Shown: positions 47,846 to 55,470 of the stretch, one piece after another | How the letters are laid out: every line of letters begins with the position of its first letter | Position numbering within the stretch: position 1 is the first letter of the stretch | Assembly: GCA_947630785.1 (NCBI GenBank) | Contig: CANRIW010000007.1 | Location: 18-64,017 of the forward strand | DNA: 64,000 nucleotides | Source of the DNA: an uncultured Oscillospiraceae bacterium | GTDB lineage: Bacteria > Bacillota > Clostridia > Oscillospirales > Oscillospiraceae | Direction: 5' to 3' | The notes under the pieces: model-generated | Told to the model about the DNA's origin: nothing | The model's database searches: none | Seen by the model: only the letters and a program-made list of their open reading frames with translations | Made by a program: the position numbers and the translations under genes

Positions 47846-49072
47846 TCAGGGCTTGCGGATGAGCAGGTTCAGCACCAGGGCCGCCACCGACAGACACAGC
47901 AGCAGGATGAAGGGGGCGATATACCCGCCGGAGGAGGTGAGCAGGGCGCTGGAGGCGGTGGCCATGAAGGAGGCACCCATCAGGTTGAAGTTCATGATAG
48001 AGAAGTTGGTGGGGAAGTACTTGGTGCCGTAGAAGGCGGAGGTGAAGGCGGAGGTGACGGTGGGGCAGGAGCCGTAGGACAGGCCGGTGAGGCACAGGCC
48101 CACGATGCAGAGGGGCAGGGAGTGGACCAGCACGGCCACCAGGGTGATGCCGGCGGCGGCGATGGTGAGGATGTTGGCGGCCAGCATGGTCATCCGGCGG
48201 CCCAGGGAGTCGAAAAACGCGCCGGTGAGGATGCGGCCCAGGCCGTTGCACACCGACAGGACGCCCACCAGCACGGTGGCCAGCTCCAGCGTGGCGCCCA
48301 CGGACTGGGACAGCTGGCTGGCGAAGCTGATGACCGAGTTGCCCACGGCGGCCAGGAAGATGATGCACACGAAGGCCATCCAGAAGGAGGGACGGCGGAT
48401 CATTTCCACTGTGGTGTAGTCCTTTGGCTCAAAGCTCTCGCCGCCGGCCGCGGCCTTGGCCTTGGGCTGGGGGAACTGGGTGCCCTCGGGAGGCTTGCGG
48501 AGGACCAGGCCGGCGATGACCAGCACCACGCCCAGGGAGATGCCCAAAAAGCGGAAGGCGAACCGCCAGCCGATGTCGGCATTGCGGATGAAGGAGCCGG
48601 CCAGATTGCCCAGCACCAGGGCGGAGGCGCCGAAGCCCATCAGCAGCACGCCGGAGCAGAGGCCCTTCTTGTCGGGGAACCAGGCGCTGACGGTGGAGAG
48701 AATCACGTTGTAGGCAAAGCCGATGCCGGTGCCCGCCATGATGCCGTAGAACAGGTACAGCAGCACCACGCTGGAGCCGGACAGGGTGGAGGTCAGCACC
48801 AGGCCGGCGGCGGCGATGAGGCCGGCCACGATGATGGACACGGCCACGCCCAGGCGCTTGCTCAGGATACCGGCCAGAAAGGCGCCGATGCAGAAGAAGC
48901 ACATGGTCAGGGTGAAGTTCAGGGCCATGTTGTTGGCGGCCCAGCCGAACTCGGCCTCCAGGGGGGCGCGGAGGATGGACCAGGCGTAGATGATGCCGGC
49001 GAACAGCATGGCGGCCGTGCCGATGACCAGATAGAGCCAGCGAATGGACAGCTTTTGGGTGGAGTTGTTCAT
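47846..49072 (-). CDS. MFS transporter, oxalate/formate antiporter (OFA)-like
   Basis: Start at MNNSTQK (GAGGTG RBS 6 nt upstream). 12-TM pattern with a central hydrophilic loop. Confidence 0.8.
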   Translation of the reverse strand: MNNSTQKLSIRWLYLVIGTAAMLFAGIIYAWSILRAPLEAEFGWAANNMALNFTLTMCFFCIGAFLAGILSKRLGVAVSIIVAGLIAAAGLVLTSTLSGSSVVLLYLFYGIMAGTGIGFAYNVILSTVSAWFPDKKGLCSGVLLMGFGASALVLGNLAGSFIRNADIGWRFAFRFLGISLGVVLVIAGLVLRKPPEGTQFPQPKAKAAAGGESFEPKDYTTVEMIRRPSFWMAFVCIIFLAAVGNSVISFASQLSQSVGATLELATVLVGVLSVCNGLGRILTGAFFDSLGRRMTMLAANILTIAAAGITLVAVLVHSLPLCIVGLCLTGLSYGSCPTVTSAFTSAFYGTKYFPTNFSIMNFNLMGASFMATASSALLTSSGGYIAPFILLLCLSVAALVLNLLIRKP

Positions 49073-49137
49073 AAATAGCACCTCATTGTTTGATTTGTCT
49101 ATGTAAAGGAGCGAATGTCCGAGTTTTCAGAGTGAGA

Positions 49138-50094
49138 TCACGGGATCAGATGGGCCAGCGCCACCGCCCAGACGGGGATGGTCACCGCGGAGAACAGGGT
49201 GGACAGCAGCACCGTGGCCGCCGCCTGGAACTGGCTCTCCCGGTCGGGGTCGTACTGGATGGTGAAGGCCGCCAGCAGGGAGGGCACCGGCAGGGCGGCG
49301 AACATGACCGCCACATGGGCCAGCTCCGCGTCCAGCCGGGTGAGCAGGCACAGACCCAGGGTCAGGGCGGGGAGGGCCAGGTTGCGCACCAGGGGGATGA
49401 GGAAATACTTGAGCCTCAGCAGCTTTTTGAAGTCGTACCGGCTGAGGGAGATGCCGCAGAGCACCATCCCCAGCGGGGAGGCGCAGCCCCCCAGGGAGTT
49501 GATGACGCCGGATACCGGCGCGGGCAGGGGCAGCTGGGTCACGTACAGGATCAGGCCGATAAACACGGCGATGACCGGCGCGGAGAACCAGCCTTTGATC
49601 TGCTCCGCCAGGGTCTTTTTCCGGCGCTCCGTTCCCGGCGGGGAGAGGAAGGGCTCGGCGGAGCTGTAGTAGATCATCCGGTAGGGCACCAGGAACACCA
49701 CGAAGTAGAACACGCCCTGGTCGCCGTAGAGGGCCTCCATCACCGGGATGCCCACGAAGGTGAAGTTGGTGTACATGCAGCTGAACCGCATCTGCCGGGC
49801 GGAGGTGGTCTTTCCCATGGCCAGGTACAGCCCCTGGCCCACGGCGAAGGTGATGGCCCACAGGATCAGCGCTAGGATCACCAGCCGGCCGCAGTTGATG
49901 AGCTCCTCCCAGGAGAAGTCCCCCAGCATGGAGCGGACGATCATGCAGGGCAGACACAGCTTCATCAGGAAGGAGGTCAGCGGCTTGTCGAAGTCGGCGG
50001 AGACGATCTTCAGGCGGACGGCCAGGATGCCGGCCCCCACCATGAGGATCAGCTGGATGGCCAGGGAGATGGATTGCTGGGCGGCGGCGGACAT
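49138..50094 (-). CDS. AEC (auxin efflux carrier) family transporter
   Basis: 318 aa polytopic, two 5-TM halves. Family resemblance (membrane transport protein, PF03547-like). Confidence 0.75.
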   Translation of the reverse strand: MSAAAQQSISLAIQLILMVGAGILAVRLKIVSADFDKPLTSFLMKLCLPCMIVRSMLGDFSWEELINCGRLVILALILWAITFAVGQGLYLAMGKTTSARQMRFSCMYTNFTFVGIPVMEALYGDQGVFYFVVFLVPYRMIYYSSAEPFLSPPGTERRKKTLAEQIKGWFSAPVIAVFIGLILYVTQLPLPAPVSGVINSLGGCASPLGMVLCGISLSRYDFKKLLRLKYFLIPLVRNLALPALTLGLCLLTRLDAELAHVAVMFAALPVPSLLAAFTIQYDPDRESQFQAAATVLLSTLFSAVTIPVWAVALAHLIP

Positions 50095-50133
50095 GTAAAA
50101 ACCCCTTTCGGGTCAAGGTGGAACGGCAGGGAT

Positions 50134-50163
50134 GCCGGGCGGAAAGAAACCTTCCCGCCCGGC
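50134..50163 (-). other. Strong intercistronic hairpin without a U-tract
   Basis: Minus strand: GCCGGGCGGGAA GGTTTC TTTCCGCCCGGC (12 bp including one G-U). Lies between the zinc-ribbon gene and the AEC transporter gene. Confidence 0.6.
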
Positions 50164-50189
50164 AATCCCGTATTTGGTAAAACTAATTG

Positions 50190-50381
50190 TCAGTCCTCGA
50201 CTTCCTCGTACTCGAAGTCGTCCAGGGTGCGGGCGCCGTTTTTCTCAAAGACACCTTCGGCCCCGCAGGCGGGGCACCGGCCGAACTGGTCCTGGAAGTA
50301 CGCGATCAGGTCCTCCGCGTACTTGAACTTCTTGCCGCAGTCCGGACAGTGATAGTACATCAGGTTGACGCCCCAGCTCAT
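50190..50381 (-). CDS. Small zinc-ribbon protein (CxxC...CxxC) with an acidic tail
   Basis: 63 aa. CPDCGKKF...CPACGAEG, C-terminal DDFEYEEVED. The start is 3 nt after the BKACE stop (TGATCCATG). Confidence 0.6.
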   Translation of the reverse strand: MSWGVNLMYYHCPDCGKKFKYAEDLIAYFQDQFGRCPACGAEGVFEKNGARTLDDFEYEEVED

Positions 50382-50384
50382 GGA

Positions 50385-51233
50385 TCACTTCAGGCCCAGG
50401 ATCTGGCGGGCCTCGTCGGGGGTGGCGGGCTGGCGGCCATACTCCTTGATGACCCGGACGGCCCGCTCTACGAACTGGCTGTTGCTGTCGGCCAGCACGC
50501 CCTTGGAGTACATCACGTTGTCCTCCATGCCCACGCGGATGTGGCCGCCCAGGGCCACGGCGCCGTAGAGCATCTCCATGGCGGAGTGGCCCACGCCGAA
50601 GCAGCTCCAGGTGGAGCCCGGGCACAGCTGCTCCATGGTCTCCTTCATGAAGATCAGGTTCTTCATGCTGCCGGGGATGCCGTTGGCGCAGCCCATGCAG
50701 AACTGGAAGTGCAGGGGGGCCTTCAGCACGCCCTTCTTCAGATAGTAGGCGGCGTTGGCGATCATGCCGGGGTCAAAGGCCTCGATCTCAGGTTTGACGC
50801 CCCACTCCTGCATGTTCTTGCCCAGCTCCTCCAGGAACTTGGGGGGGTTAAGGAACAGGCTGGTGTGCAGCCAGTTCATGGAGCCGCAGTCATAGGAGCC
50901 CATCTCGGGGCGCAGCTCCTTCAGGTGGATCTGGCGGGTCTCCTCGGTGGCGTTCAGGTCGCCGGAGGTGGTCAGATTCAGGACGATGTCGCAGTCGGGG
51001 TGATTGGTCTTCAGCAGCTCCACCGTCTTGGCGAACTTGTTGTGGTCCATGGTGCCGTTGCCGTTGTCATCCCGCATGTGCAGATGGGCGACGGCGGCGC
51101 CGGCCTTCCAGCAGGTGTACACGTCCTCGGAGATCTCCTCGGGGGTCATGGGCACGTTGGGGTTGTTCTCCTTCTTGGGCCACGCGCCGGTGGGGGCCAC
51201 AGTGATGATGCACTTGTTCTTCAGATCAGCCAT
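50385..51233 (-). CDS. BKACE family enzyme (3-keto-5-aminohexanoate cleavage enzyme-like, DUF849)
   Basis: 282 aa. N-terminal IITVAPTG....P.TPEEI, plus AHLH.RD and HIRVGMED motifs characteristic of Kce/BKACE TIM-barrel Zn enzymes. Confidence 0.85.
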   Translation of the reverse strand: MADLKNKCIITVAPTGAWPKKENNPNVPMTPEEISEDVYTCWKAGAAVAHLHMRDDNGNGTMDHNKFAKTVELLKTNHPDCDIVLNLTTSGDLNATEETRQIHLKELRPEMGSYDCGSMNWLHTSLFLNPPKFLEELGKNMQEWGVKPEIEAFDPGMIANAAYYLKKGVLKAPLHFQFCMGCANGIPGSMKNLIFMKETMEQLCPGSTWSCFGVGHSAMEMLYGAVALGGHIRVGMEDNVMYSKGVLADSNSQFVERAVRVIKEYGRQPATPDEARQILGLK

Positions 51234-51262
51234 GGGAAACAGTCCTTTCTGTCAAATTCCAT

Positions 51263-51296
51263 GGAAGTGCGGGCGCTTTCCAGCGCCCGCACTTCC
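51263..51296 (-). other. Strong intercistronic hairpin
   Basis: GGAAGTGCGGGCGC / GCGCCCGCACTTCC, a 14-bp perfect stem with a 6-nt loop. Lies between the cyclase-family and BKACE genes. Confidence 0.6.
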
Positions 51297-51311
51297 GTGT
51301 GGTCAGAAAAC

Positions 51312-52325
51312 TTACTTGTTGCGGCTGAACAGCTTCTGGATGTACTCCAGGCAGGAGTCGCCGTTGCCGTCGGCGGTGCCGTAGCCGGTGCCGCCGTACT
51401 TGTAGGTGCGGGTGGGGACGCCGGGGACCAGCAGGTCCTCGTCGATCTCGGCGGAGCAGCGGGCCATGGAGCCGTCGCCCATGTACCAGCGCAGGGGGAA
51501 GCAGTTGAAGCGGAACCACACGCCGGCGGGGATCTTGTCCAGGTCGCCGCCCAGGTTCTCCACGCCCACGATGCCGTGGCCCAGCATCTCCTTGTGGCAG
51601 GGCTCCCAGGTGCCCCACACGCCGATGTTCTCCAGGTCGCCGTACAGCTCGTCATAGGCCTTCTGGCCGAAGATGCGGATGTACTCGAACTTGTCGAACT
51701 TGGCATAGGCCTCCTCGCCGAACAGCTCCTTGTACTCCTCGGTGATGGGCTTGCCGGTGGCGCCCAGCAGGTTCATGCGGGTCATGCCGTTGTTGCCCAT
51801 GGCGGTGTGCAGGGGGTGATCCAGCGCCTGGCTGTCCATGGCCACGCACTTGACCTTGTTCTTCACGAACCACTTGCCGGCCTCCACGCCGGTACCGGCG
51901 GCATAGTGATAGTAGGCCTTGGAGTCGTCGAACAGGCGGTGCATGCCGGTGTTCAGGCAGAGGACCTTGCCCTCCAGGTCGGCCTGGTTCACGCCGTACT
52001 TCTCGCAGGCGGCGTCCAGGTGCTTGTCGGTGATGAGGCCCCAGGGCTCGATGTCGATCTTCAGCACGATGGCGGTGCCGGTGTAGGCGTCGATGGGCAT
52101 CTCGTCGCTGTAACGGGCGCGGCGGCCGTCGAACTCATACTCCATCACGTGACGGGGGGCGTCGCAGTGGGTGCCGGTGTGCATGGTGCACTTGATGCTC
52201 TGGGTCAGCACGCCGCCCTTGGCCATGGAGTGGGCACCCACGATCTCGGGCTTGTCAAAATAGGGCCAGCGGGGGATCTCAGCGCCAAAGGGGTGGGTCA
52301 GGTCAACGAAAACAGTCTTGCCCAT
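51312..52325 (-). CDS. Putative cyclase family protein (kynurenine formamidase / isatin hydrolase-like metal amidohydrolase)
   Basis: 337 aa. HTGTHCDAPRH motif (HxGTHxDxPxH). Late FPLRW..GDGSMARC segment. AGGAGG RBS. Confidence 0.8.
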   Translation of the reverse strand: MGKTVFVDLTHPFGAEIPRWPYFDKPEIVGAHSMAKGGVLTQSIKCTMHTGTHCDAPRHVMEYEFDGRRARYSDEMPIDAYTGTAIVLKIDIEPWGLITDKHLDAACEKYGVNQADLEGKVLCLNTGMHRLFDDSKAYYHYAAGTGVEAGKWFVKNKVKCVAMDSQALDHPLHTAMGNNGMTRMNLLGATGKPITEEYKELFGEEAYAKFDKFEYIRIFGQKAYDELYGDLENIGVWGTWEPCHKEMLGHGIVGVENLGGDLDKIPAGVWFRFNCFPLRWYMGDGSMARCSAEIDEDLLVPGVPTRTYKYGGTGYGTADGNGDSCLEYIQKLFSRNK

Positions 52326-52361
52326 GGTAATCGTTCCTCCTAAAAATATTTTTTGTGTGTC

Positions 52362-53288
52362 TTACTTGCCGTAGAGCATCCTGATGAGATACTCGTTCAG
52401 GTCGGCGTTCTCCTTGGCGATCTGCTCGGGGGTCCACTTCATGAAGCCCTCGCCGGACTTGAAGCCCATCTTGCCCTCGTCCAGCATCTGCTTGAGCAGG
52501 GGGGACGGCTCGTGGGAGTCCTCCAGATCCTTCAGGATGTAGTCGTGGATGTTGTAGGTGAGCTGGGTGCCCACCATGTCGCTGTTGGTCAGCGGGCCCA
52601 GCTGGGGCAGCCGCAGGCCGAAGGCGTACCGGACGGCCTTGTCCACCGTCTCGGGATCGGCGATGCCCCGCTCCACGATGGAGATGGCCTCACGCCACAG
52701 GGCGTGCTGCATACGGTTGGCGATGAAGCCGGGGACGTCCTTCTTGCACAGCACGGGCTCCTTGCCCACGCTGGCCAGCACGTCCATGACGGTCTGGGCC
52801 ACCTCGTCGGAGGAGGCGTCGGACTTGACCACCTCCACCAGGGGGATCAGATGGCCGGGGTTCCAGAAGTGGGTGCCCACGAAGCGCTCCCGGTGCTGGA
52901 GTTCGGCGCTGATCTCGCTGGGGCTCATGACGGAGGAGTTGGTGCAGAAGATGGTGTCGGGCCGGCAGCGGGCCTCCAGCTTGGCGAAGGTCTCCCGCTT
53001 GATCTTCATGTCCTCGAACACGGCCTCGATGACGAAGTCGGCGGAGGAGACCAGGGGGGAGTCGATGTCGGTGGTGAACTGGATGCGGCTCAGGCGGTCC
53101 TCCACGTCGGCCTCGGTGAGGACGCCGTGGTCCACCAGCTGTTTGGTGTTGGTGCGGATGCCGCCGTACACGTCGGTCTGGTACAGGTCATAGACCGCGA
53201 TCTGATAGGCGGGGTTGGAGGCGAACACGAAGGCGATGTTCTTGCCCATCATGCCGCCGCCGCAGATCAATACGTTTTTGATCTCCAT
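52362..53288 (-). CDS. 3-hydroxyacyl-CoA dehydrogenase family NAD-dependent dehydrogenase
   Basis: 308 aa. ICGGGMMGKNIA Rossmann motif, THFWNP and GFIANR motifs of the HADH family. Confidence 0.85.
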   Translation of the reverse strand: MEIKNVLICGGGMMGKNIAFVFASNPAYQIAVYDLYQTDVYGGIRTNTKQLVDHGVLTEADVEDRLSRIQFTTDIDSPLVSSADFVIEAVFEDMKIKRETFAKLEARCRPDTIFCTNSSVMSPSEISAELQHRERFVGTHFWNPGHLIPLVEVVKSDASSDEVAQTVMDVLASVGKEPVLCKKDVPGFIANRMQHALWREAISIVERGIADPETVDKAVRYAFGLRLPQLGPLTNSDMVGTQLTYNIHDYILKDLEDSHEPSPLLKQMLDEGKMGFKSGEGFMKWTPEQIAKENADLNEYLIRMLYGK

Positions 53289-53303
53289 GAAGGGCCTCCC
53301 GGA

Positions 53304-54098
53304 TCACACCACCAGATAGCCGCCGGAGCAGTCGGCGTTGCTGCCGGTGATGAAGTCGGAGGCGGCGGAGGACAGGAACAGCGCGTAGCCCACGAAGTCG
53401 GCGGGCTCGCCCAGGCGGCCGATGGGCTCCCGGTTCAGGAAGTTCTTGTACACGGCGGACTCGGGGTCGAACATCCACTCGGTCAGGTCGGAGCGGAACA
53501 CGGTGGGGCAGATGGAGTTGACGTTGATGCCGTACTTGGCGGTCAGGTCGCAGGCCAGGCAGGAGACCATCAGGTCGGCGCCGCCCTTGGAGGTGCAGTA
53601 GCCGGTGTAGCCCGCCATGCCGCGCTTGGAGCGCTGGGAGGTGACGACCACCATCTTGCCGCCCTTGCCCTGGGCCACCATCTGGTGGGCCACATACTTG
53701 GTGACGATGTAGACGCTCTTGCAGTCGGCGTCCATGATGTACTGCCAGTCGGCCACGGACTGCTCCAGCACGTTCTGGGGCTTGTTGAAGCCGTGGGCCA
53801 CGGCCAGGATGTTGATCTCGCCGTACTTGGCCACGCAGGCCTTGATGAGGGCGTCCACGTCCTCTTCCTTGGCGGGGTCGGCCACATAATAGGCGCAGTC
53901 GATGCCCTCGGCCTTGAACTCGTCCTCCAGGGCCTTCAGCTTCTTGTCGTTCCGGCCGGTCATGAAGACCTTGGCGCCGGCGTAGCCGTAAGCCTTGGCC
54001 AGCACGCAGCCCAGAGCGCCGGTGGCGCCGGTGACCAGGGCGACCTTGCCCTCAACGGAGAACATATTCTGCACGAAACTCTTTTCCACGGGAACCAT
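53304..54098 (-). CDS. SDR-family oxidoreductase
   Basis: 264 aa. TGATGALG cofactor motif and a YCTSK (YxxxK) catalytic motif. AAGGAGG RBS. Confidence 0.85.
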   Translation of the reverse strand: MVPVEKSFVQNMFSVEGKVALVTGATGALGCVLAKAYGYAGAKVFMTGRNDKKLKALEDEFKAEGIDCAYYVADPAKEEDVDALIKACVAKYGEINILAVAHGFNKPQNVLEQSVADWQYIMDADCKSVYIVTKYVAHQMVAQGKGGKMVVVTSQRSKRGMAGYTGYCTSKGGADLMVSCLACDLTAKYGINVNSICPTVFRSDLTEWMFDPESAVYKNFLNREPIGRLGEPADFVGYALFLSSAASDFITGSNADCSGGYLVV

Positions 54099-54137
54099 GG
54101 GAAATTCCTCCTTTATAAATTCAGTTGAGCGAGTGGC

Positions 54138-54488
54138 TCACGCGTCGGGATAGTTGATGATGACCAGCATCTTGGCGGGCTTGCCGGACTCGTTCTTCAG
54201 GCCGCGGCCCTCGTTGGGGGGGAAGGAGATGGACTCGCCGGGATGGAGCACATAGACGTTGCCGTCCTTGTCGGTGACGGTCATCTCGCCCTCGAGGATG
54301 AAGTAGACCTTCTCCAGCGGGTTGTCCTCATAGGCCCAGTCGGCGCCGCCGCCCGGCTCGAACTCGGAGATGCCGATCCAGAACTTGGTGGCGCCGGTCT
54401 CGTCCTTGCCGTGATAGCGCTTGCAGGTCACGCCGAAATGTCCGGGGGGGAAGTAGGGCTGGAGCTCCTCATAGGTACGCTTGATCAT
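54138..54488 (-). CDS. Cupin-domain protein
   Basis: 116 aa. Single cupin barrel (G..W....E..YFILEGEM...G....L.PGESI). First gene of the operon. AGGAAAGGAAG RBS. Confidence 0.7.
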   Translation of the reverse strand: MIKRTYEELQPYFPPGHFGVTCKRYHGKDETGATKFWIGISEFEPGGGADWAYEDNPLEKVYFILEGEMTVTDKDGNVYVLHPGESISFPPNEGRGLKNESGKPAKMLVIINYPDA

Positions 54489-54553
54489 GATGGATCTTCC
54501 TTTCCTGATTAGTCTGGTTCACCCGCTTGAAAGGGTGCGGGGATACTGCTTAT

Positions 54554-54582
54554 ATAATAAAATCCTTTGGAGTTTTCTGCAA
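54554..54582 (-). promoter_or_regulatory. Putative sigma-70 promoter of the cupin-to-transporter operon
   Basis: Minus strand: TTGCAG, 17-nt spacer, TATTAT. About 65 nt upstream of the cupin ATG, in an AT-rich divergent region. Confidence 0.4.
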
Positions 54583-54766
54583 TACCAACCAAAATGTAAG
54601 TACCTCATCGAAAAGGGGGTGTTTGAAGGGGGAAAACGGCTGTTTTTTGGATATAATCCACAAAAATGCTGGCATAAGAATGGATGGATTGACGATTTTT
54701 ATAGAGGCTTGCACAAAATCTGCCAAGAAATTTCTGCACCTGTCCGAGCAGAGCCGCGCGGCCCTC

Positions 54767-54795
54767 TTGAAAACCGCCGGTCGATATGATAAACT
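54767..54795 (+). promoter_or_regulatory. Putative sigma-70 promoter of the HxlR-family regulator gene
   Basis: TTGAAA, 17-nt spacer, TAAACT, with a TG at the extended -10 position. Confidence 0.4.
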
Positions 54796-54834
54796 AAGAC
54801 CAAAATACGAGCTTTATGGACGAAAGGCGGAAAA

Positions 54835-55290
54835 ATGATGACGGAACAGCGGGAACAGAGGCCGGTAAATCCCTATCACTATGTGCAGCAGTGTATCGGC
54901 GGGAAGTGGAAGATGACCATTCTCCACGAGATCGATACCAACGGCTCCATTCGCTTCAACTATGCGGCGCGGGTGTTCCCCCTGTCGGAAAAGGTCCTGA
55001 GCCAGCAGCTGAAGGAATTGGTGGACGACGGTCTGGTCAAGCGCATCTCCTACGATGTGCTTCCGCCCAAGGTGTGTTATGAGCTCACTGAGGCGGGCAA
55101 AGCGCTCATGCCCGTGCTGGACGAGCTGTATATCTGGAGCGTCCGCCGGATGGACAAGCTGGGCATCCCCATTGACGCGGACGCCTTTGTGGTCCACCGG
55201 TCGGAGAAATATATGGACCCTTTGCGGGATGTGATGGAGAACTATGAGCTGCCCGAGGGGGAGACCCGGGACTACAAGCACAAGGGATAA
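54835..55290 (+). CDS. HxlR-family (MarR-like wHTH) transcriptional regulator
   Basis: 151 aa. C..C-less HxlR core GGKWKMTILHEI...LSQQLKELVDDGLV.R..Y...PPKV.YELTE.G. Divergent from the cupin operon. Confidence 0.85.
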   Translation: MMTEQREQRPVNPYHYVQQCIGGKWKMTILHEIDTNGSIRFNYAARVFPLSEKVLSQQLKELVDDGLVKRISYDVLPPKVCYELTEAGKALMPVLDELYIWSVRRMDKLGIPIDADAFVVHRSEKYMDPLRDVMENYELPEGETRDYKHKG

Positions 55291-55470
55291 CGGGTCTGCC
55301 TGACGGCCCTGCGGGCGGCTGTGAGCGGGCGCCGTGGTTCGGGAGCGCCTCTGCCCCCCGGCGTTGTGGCGCCGGGAGGTTAAAGAACCTTAAAGGAATC
55401 TTATGGCTTTCTGTCCTTCAACTTAAATCCGATCTGTTACCATGGCGTCATCTTCTCCGGGAGGTGCGCC

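Noticed and set aside
50385-51233. BKACE gene as evidence for the classical lysine-to-butyrate fermentation pathway (kce), linked to buk/pta at the other end of the window
   Set aside because: kamA, kamDE, kdd, kal and atoAD are not in the window. The neighbours (cupin, SDR, cyclase) do not belong to that pathway. The buk/pta pair is about 46 kb away in a different operon.
54481-54838. Two overlapping roughly 100-aa plus-strand ORFs in the cupin/HxlR intergenic region
   Set aside because: The DNA is AT-rich and promoter-like, there is no Shine-Dalgarno, and the peptide composition is atypical for this genome. They are most likely non-coding regulatory DNA.
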